A stretch of DNA of 64,000 nucleotides from the human T2T-CHM13v2.0 reference genome, Homo sapiens. This document shows positions 53,834 through 64,000 of this stretch, in pieces. The notes under the pieces are model-generated. The model had not been told where the DNA came from. It worked only from the letters and a program-made list of their open reading frames with translations, and ran no database searches. The stretch lies in the NCBI RefSeq assembly GCF_009914755.1, contig NC_060938.1; one strand, written 5' to 3'. Within the stretch, counting starts at the first letter, position 1. Every line of letters begins with the position of its first letter. The position numbers and the translations under genes are program-made.

Positions 53834-56800
53834 AGACACATCTCTGAACTGATCAGCAAAGTGATGTAATACTTTTCTAGGCTCTGCCTACAGGGGCTTT
53901 GAGACATATCTCTGCACTGATCACCCAGGTGATGGGACATTCGTCTAGGCTCTGCCTATGGGGGCATTGTGACTTATCTCTACAGTGATCAGCCAGGTGA
54001 TGAAACCCTTTTGTTGGATCTGCCTATGGGGGCATTGTTACAGATTTCTACACTGATCACCCAGGTAATGGGACTCTTGTCTAGGCTCTGCCTATGGGGC
54101 ATAGTGACATATCATTGCATTCATCACCCAAGGTGATGTAACTCTTGTCCTGGCTCGGCCTATAGGGGGCCTCGTGACATATCTCTGCACTGATCATTTA
54201 GGTGATGTAACCTTTGCTTACGCTCTGCCTGCAGGGTCATTGTGAAATATCTCTGCACTGATCACCCAGGTGATGGGACTCTTCTCTAGGCTCTGCCTAC
54301 TGGGGGCATTGTCACATATTTCTGCACTGATCACCCAGGTGACGGACTCTTGTCTTGGATTTGCCTATGAGGTCATTGTGACATATCTGTGCACTGATCA
54401 CCCAGGTGATGTAACTCTGGTCTAAGCTCTGCCTAAAGGGGCACTGTGACAGATCTCTGCACCGATCACTCAAGTGATGTAACTATTGTCTAGGCTCTGC
54501 TTAAAGGGGCCTTGCCACATATCTCTGCAGTGATCACCCAGGTGATGTAACTATTGTCTAGGCTCTGCTTATAGGGGGTATTGTGACATATCTCTGCACT
54601 GATCACTTAAGTGACGTAACACTTGTGTAGGCTCTGCCTACAGGGGCATTTTGACATATCTCTGCACTGATCATCTAAGTGATGTAACAGTTGTGTAGGC
54701 TCTGCCTGCAGGGGCATTTTCACATATCTCTGCACTGTTAACCGAGGAGATGTAACTCTTGTCTAGGCTGTGACCACAGGGGAACTGAGACATATCTCTG
54801 CACTGATCCCGAGGTGATCCAACTCTTGCCTGGTCTCTGCCTACTGGGGACATTGTAACATATCTCTGCACTGATCTCCCAGTGCTGTAACTTTAGTCTA
54901 CCCTCTGGCTACAGGGCATTGTGACATATCACTGCACTGATCACCCTGGTGATATATCTCTTCTCTAGGATCTGCCTACAGGGTGCTTTGTGACATATCC
55001 CTGCAATGATCACTCAGGTGATATACCACTTGTCAAGGCTCTGCCTTCAGGGGCAATGCGATGTATCTCTGCAATGATCACCTAGGTCATGTAACTCTTG
55101 TCTAGGCTCTGCCTACAGTGGCATTGTGACATATCTCTGCACTGATCACCCAGGTGATGTAACTCTTTTCTACGATCTGCCTACAAGGTGCTTTGTGAAA
55201 TATTCCTGCAATGATCACCCAGATGTTCTACCACTTGTCAAGGCTCTGCCTATAGGGGCATTGCCATGTATCTCTGCACTGATCACCTAGGTCATGTAAC
55301 ACTTGTCCTAGGGTCTGCCTACAATGGAATTGTGACATATCTCTGCAATAATCATCCAAGTGATGTAACTCTTGTCTAGGATCTGCCTAATCGAACTTTG
55401 TGACATAACTCTGCACTGATCTTCCAGGTGATGGGGCTTTGGTCTAGGCTCTGCCTAAGGGGGCATTGTGACATATTTCTGCACTGATCACCCAGGTGAC
55501 GGACTCTTGTCTTGGTTCTGCCTATGGGGGAAGTGTGACATATATCTGCACTGATCACCCAGGTGATATAATGGTTGTATAATCTCCGCCTACAGGGGAA
55601 TTGTGAGAGATCTCGCCACTGTTCACCCAAGTGATGTAACCATTGTCTAGGCTTTGCCTACAGGGGGCTTTGTGACATATCTTTGCACTGATCACCCAGG
55701 TGATGCAACTCATCGAACTTCTGCCTACAGGAGCTTTGTGATATATCTCTGCACTGATCACTTATGTGATGTAACACTTTTATAAGCTCTGCCTACAGGG
55801 AATTTTGACAGATATCTGCACTGATCACCTAGGTGATGTAACTCTTGTCCACCCTCTGCCCAAACGGGGCATTGTGAAATATCTCTGCACTGGTCACCCA
55901 GGTGATTCAACTCTTGTCTATGATCTGCCTACAGGAGGTATTGTGAAATGTCTCTGCACTGATCAACCAGGTGGTGTAACTCTTGTCTAGGCTCTGCTAC
56001 AGGGGCTTTTTCACATATGCCTGAACTGATGACAAAGTTGATGTAACTCTTGCCTAGGCTTTTCCTACAGGGGACATTGTGACATATCTCTGCACTGATC
56101 ACCCAGGTGATGCAACTCTTCTCTATGCTCTGCCTACAGGGGACAATGTGACATATCTCTGCACTGATCTCTCATGTGATGCAACTCTTCTCTATGTTCC
56201 GCCTACAGGGGGCATTGTGACATATCTCTGCACTAATCACCCAGGTGATGTAACTCTTTTCTAGTCTCTGCCTGCAGAGGGCGTTGTGACATCACTCTGC
56301 ACGGATCACCTGGTTTATGTAACTCGTGTCTAGGCTCTGCTTACGGGGACATTGTGACTTGTATCTGCCCTGACGACCCAGGAGATGTGACTCTTGTCTA
56401 ATGTCTGCCTAGAGGGACATTGGGACATATCTCTGCCCTGATCGCTGAGGTGATGTAAAACTTGTCTAGGCTTTGCCTACAGTGGGATTTATGACATATC
56501 TCTGCACTGATCACCCAGGTGATGTAACTCTTGTCTAGGCTCTGCTTACAAGGGTTATTGTGAGATATCTCTGCACTGATCACCGAGGAAATGTAAGTCT
56601 TGTCTAGGCTCTGCCTACAGGGGCATTTTAACATATCACTGCACTTCACCGAGATGATGTAACTCTTGTATAGACTTCGCCGACAGGGGGCATTGAGTCA
56701 TATCTCTGCACTGATCACCGAGGTGATGCAACTCTTGTCTGGGATATGCTTACTGGGGTCATTGTGACATATCTCTGCCCTGAACATCCAGGTGTTGTAA

Positions 56801-58939
56801 GTCTTGTCTAGGCTCTGCCTACTGGAGATATTGTGACATGACTCTGCACTGATCACCCAGGTGTTGTCACTTTTGTCAAGGATATGTCTGCAGGGAAATT
56901 GTGATATGTCACTGCAGTGATCACACAGCTGGTGTAACACTTTTCTAGGCTCTGGCTACAGGGGGCTTGTGACACATCTCTGCACTGATCACCCAGGTGA
57001 TGTAACCCTTATCTAGGCTCTGCCAAAAGGGGGCATTGTGAAATAACTCTGCACTTATCACCCAGGTGATGGGACTCTTGTCTAGGCTCTGCCTACAGGG
57101 GCATTTTGACATATCTCTGCAGTGATCACGCAGGTGATGAAACGCTTGTCTATATCTGCCTACTGGCGTCATTTTGGCATATTTCTGCACTGATCGCCCA
57201 GGTGATGGACTCATGTCTTGGATCTGACTATGGGGGCATAGTGGCATACCTCTGCACTGATCACTTATGTGATGTAACACTTGACTAAGCTGCGCCTAAA
57301 GGGGAATTGTGACAGATATCTCCACTGATCACCCAGGTGATGCAACAGTTTTCTGGGATTTGTCTACAGGGGGCTTTGTGACATATCCTTGCACTGATCA
57401 CCCAGGAGATGTAACTCTTGTCTAGACTCGGCCTACATGGCCTTTGTGACATATTTCTGCACTGATCACCCAGGTGATGTAACTCTTGTCTAGGCTCCAC
57501 CTACAAGGGATATTGTGAAGTATCTCTGCACTGATCACCCAGGTGATCTAACATTTATCTAGGCTCTTCCTACGGGGTCATTTTGACATAGCTCTGCACA
57601 GATCAACTAGGTTATGTAACTCTTGTTCACTCTCTGCCTATAGTGGGCATTGTGACATATCTCTGCACTGATCACCCAGGTGATAGGAATCTTCTCTGTA
57701 CTCTGCCTAGAGGAGGATATGTGACATATCTCTGCACAGATCTCCCAGGTGATGGAAGTCTTGTCTAGGCTCTGTCTATGGGGGCATTGTGTCAAATATC
57801 TGCAATGATCACCCAGGTGATGTAACTCTTGTCTAGGCTCTGTCTACAGGGATTTTTGTGACGTATCACTGCACTGATCACCAAGGTGATGTAAGCCTTG
57901 TATGGGCTTTGCCTACAGAAGGCTTTGTGACATATCTATGCACTGATTTCTGAGGTGATGCAACTCTTGTCTAGGCACTGCCTATAGGGGACATTGGTAC
58001 ATATCTCTCCACTGATCACCCAGGTGATGGACTCTTGTCTTAGATCTGCCTACATGGACACTATGACACATGTTTGAACTGATCACCCATGTGATGAAAC
58101 TCTTGTCTAGGCTCTGCCTAAAGGGACTTTGTGACACATCTCTGCACTGATCACCCTGGGGAGGGAAGTCTTGTCTACGCTCTGCCTACAGGAGGCTTTA
58201 TGACTTCTAACTGCACTGATAACCTAGGTGATTTAACACTTGTCTAGGCTCTGCCTACACGGAATTTCTCACATATTTCTGCACTAATCACCCGGGTGAC
58301 GTAACTCCTCTCTAGGTTCAGCCTACAGGAGCGTTTTGACATATCTCTGCACTGATCACCCAGGTGATGTAACCCTTGTCTAAGCTCTGCCTACAGGGGC
58401 ATTGTGACAGATATCTCCACCGCTCACCCAGGTGATGTAACAATTGCCTGGGCTTTGCCTACAGAGTGCTTTGTGATACACATTTTCACTGATCAAACAT
58501 GTGATGTAACCCTTGTCAAGGTTCTACTTACAGGGGCTTTGTGACATATCTCTGCACTGATCAACCTAGGGAGGAGACACTTGACTACACTCTGCCTACA
58601 GAACGCTTTACGACTTATCCCTGCACTGATCACTAAGTGATGTAATACTTGTCTAGGTTCTATCTTCATGGGAATTTTCACATATCTCTACACTGATCAC
58701 CTACGTGATGTAACCCTTGTCTAGGTTCAGCCTACTGTGGATTTCTGACATACCTATGCACTGATCATCGAGGTGATGTAAATCATTTCCAGGCTTTTTG
58801 TACAGGGGACATTGTGATATATCTCTGCACTGATCACCCGAATGTTGCAAATCTTCTCTAGGCTCCGCAGGGAGGGGGCATTGTGACATATTTCTGAACT
58901 AATCATCCAGGAGATGTAACTATTCTCCAGGCTTTGACT
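53834..58939 (-). repeat. 68-bp beta satellite block (~5.1 kb)
   Basis: Tandem monomers, - orientation. Confidence 0.97.
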
Positions 58940-61705
<2,766 letters not shown>

Positions 61706-64000
61706 TGACACATCCCTGAACTGATCAACAAAGTGATGTAACTCTTGTCTGGGCTCTGCCTACGGGTGCATTGTGACTTATCTCTGCACTGATCACCCAG
61801 TAGATGTGACTCTAGAGTAAGTTCTGTCTAGAGGGACATTGGGACATATCTCTGCACTGATCGCTGAGGTGATGTAAAACTTCTCTTGGCTTTGCCTACA
61901 GTGGGATTTATGACATATCTCTGCACTGATCACCCAGGTGATGTAACTATTGTCTAGGCTCTGCTTACAGGGGGTATTGTGAGATATGTCTGCACTGATC
62001 ACCCAGGTGATGTAGCCCTTGTCAAGGCTCTGCCTACAGGGGCATTTTAACATATCACTGCACTGATCACCGAGATGATGTAACTCTTGTATAGGCTTCA
62101 CCGACAGGGGGCATTGAGACATACCTCTGCACTGATCACCGAGGTGATGCAACTCTTGTCTGTGATCTGCTTAGAGGGGTCATTGTGGCATATCTCTGCC
62201 CTGATCACCCAGGTGATGTAACACTTGTCTAGGCTCTGCCTACAGGGGCTTTGTTAGATATCTCTGCCATTTTCACCCAGGTGATGGGACTCTTGTCTAG
62301 GCTCTGTGTATGGGGGCTTTGTGACATATCTCTGCACTGATCACCCAGGTGATGTAAAGCTAGACTAGGCTCTGCCTACGGTGCATAGTGATATATCACT
62401 GCATTGATCACCGAGGTGATGTAACTCTTGTCCATTCTCTGCCTATAGGGGGCCTTGTGACATATCTCTGCACTGATCATCTAGGTGATGTAACTCTTGC
62501 TTATGCTCTGCCTGCAGGGGCATTGTGAAATATCTCTGCACTGATCACCCAGGTGATGGGACTCTTATCTAGGCTCTGCCTACAGGGGCGTTTTCACATA
62601 TCCCTGAATTGATGACAAAGGTGATGTAACTCTTGCCTAGGCTTTGCCTACAGGGGACATTGTGACATATCTCTGCACTGATCACCCAGGTGATGTAACT
62701 CTGGTCTAAGCTGTGCCTAAAGGGGCATTGTGACAGATCTCTGCACTGATCGCTCAGGTGATGTAACTATTGTCTAGGCTCTGCTTAAAGGGGCCTTGTC
62801 ACATAATTCTGCACTGATCACCCAGGTGATGTAACTCTTGTCAACGCTCTGCTTAAAGGGGGTATCGTGATATATCTCTGCCCTGATCACCTAAGTGATG
62901 TAACAATTGCGTAGACATATCACAAAACAATTGTGTTTGACATATCTCTGCACTGTTAACAGAGGTGATGTAACTGTTGCCTAGGCTGTGCCCACAGGGG
63001 GATTGAGACATATCTCTACAATGATCCCGAGGTGATCCAACTCTTGCTTGGTCTCTTCCTATTGGGGACATTGTGATATATCTCTGCACTGATCTCCTAG
63101 GTGCTGTAACTTTAGTCTAGGCTCTGGATACACGGCATTGTGACATATCACTCCACTGATCACCCAGGTGATATAACTCTCGTCTAGGCTCTGCCTAGAG
63201 TGGCATTGTGGCATATCTCTGCACTGATCACCCAGGTGATGTAACTATTTTCTAGAATCTGCCTACAGGGTGCTTTGTGACATATCCCTGCAATGATTAC
63301 CCAGGTGATGTACCACTTGTCAAGAATCTGCCTACAGGGACATTGTGATGTATCTCTGCATTGATCACCTAGGTCATGTAACTCTTGTCTAGGCTCTGTC
63401 TACGGTGGCATTGTGACATATCTTTGCACTGATCATCTAAGTTATGTATCTCTTGTCTAGGATCTGCCTAAGGAGACTTTGTGACATAACTCTGCACTGA
63501 TCGTCCAGGTGATGGGACGTTTGTCTAGGCTCTGCCTAAGGGGGCATTCTGACATATTTCTACACTGATCACCCAGGTGACGGACTCTTGTCTTGGATCT
63601 GCCTAAGGGGGCACTGTGACATATCTCTGCACTGATTACCCCGGTGATGTAACAGTTTTATAAGCTCTGCCTAAAGGGAAATTGTGAGAGATCTCGCCAC
63701 TGATCAAACAGGTGATGTAACTATTGTCTAGGCTTTGCTTGCAGGGGGCTTTGTGACATAGCTTTGCACTGATCGCCCAGGTGATGTAATTTATCCAAGT
63801 TCTTCCTACAGGAGCTTTGTGAGATATCTCTGCACTGATCACTTAGGTGACGTAACACTTTTATAAGCACTGCCTACAGGGAATTTTGACAAATCTCTGC
63901 ACTGATCACCTAGGTGATGTTACTCTTGTCTACCGTCTGCCCAAAGGGGGCATTGTGAAATATCTCTGTACTGATCACCCAGGTGATTCAACTCTTGTCT
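61706..64000 (-). repeat. 68-bp beta satellite block (continues beyond window end)
   Basis: Tandem monomers, - orientation. Confidence 0.97.

Overview
Primate (most likely human) heterochromatic DNA made of only two components. The first is 68-bp beta (Sau3A-type) satellite, in nine blocks of about 2.3-9.6 kb. The second is nine interspersed, GC-rich, degenerate D4Z4-derived DUX4-like (double homeobox) units of about 2.8 kb. Each complete unit reads: 5' D4Z4 flank, GC/TATAA promoter, DUX4-like ORF, exon-2/KpnI region, pLAM/exon-3-like end, satellite. This layout is typical of acrocentric short arms and pericentromeric DUX4L clusters; the chromosome cannot be assigned from sequence alone. No copy encodes full-length DUX4. 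One copy (13971-15110) keeps a 379-codon ORF with both homeodomains but stops before the C-terminal activation domain. No copy has the 4qA ATTAAA poly(A) signal. The main structural feature is a ~31.4-kb segment (about 8146-39562) in opposite orientation to its flanks. Its junction geometry fits an insertion into one DUX4L unit better than a simple inversion. I see no support for a new protein-coding system; nearly all ORFs in the track are satellite or GC-rich artefacts. The findings concern repeat architecture, mutation and repair signatures, and the origin of the DUX4 3' end.
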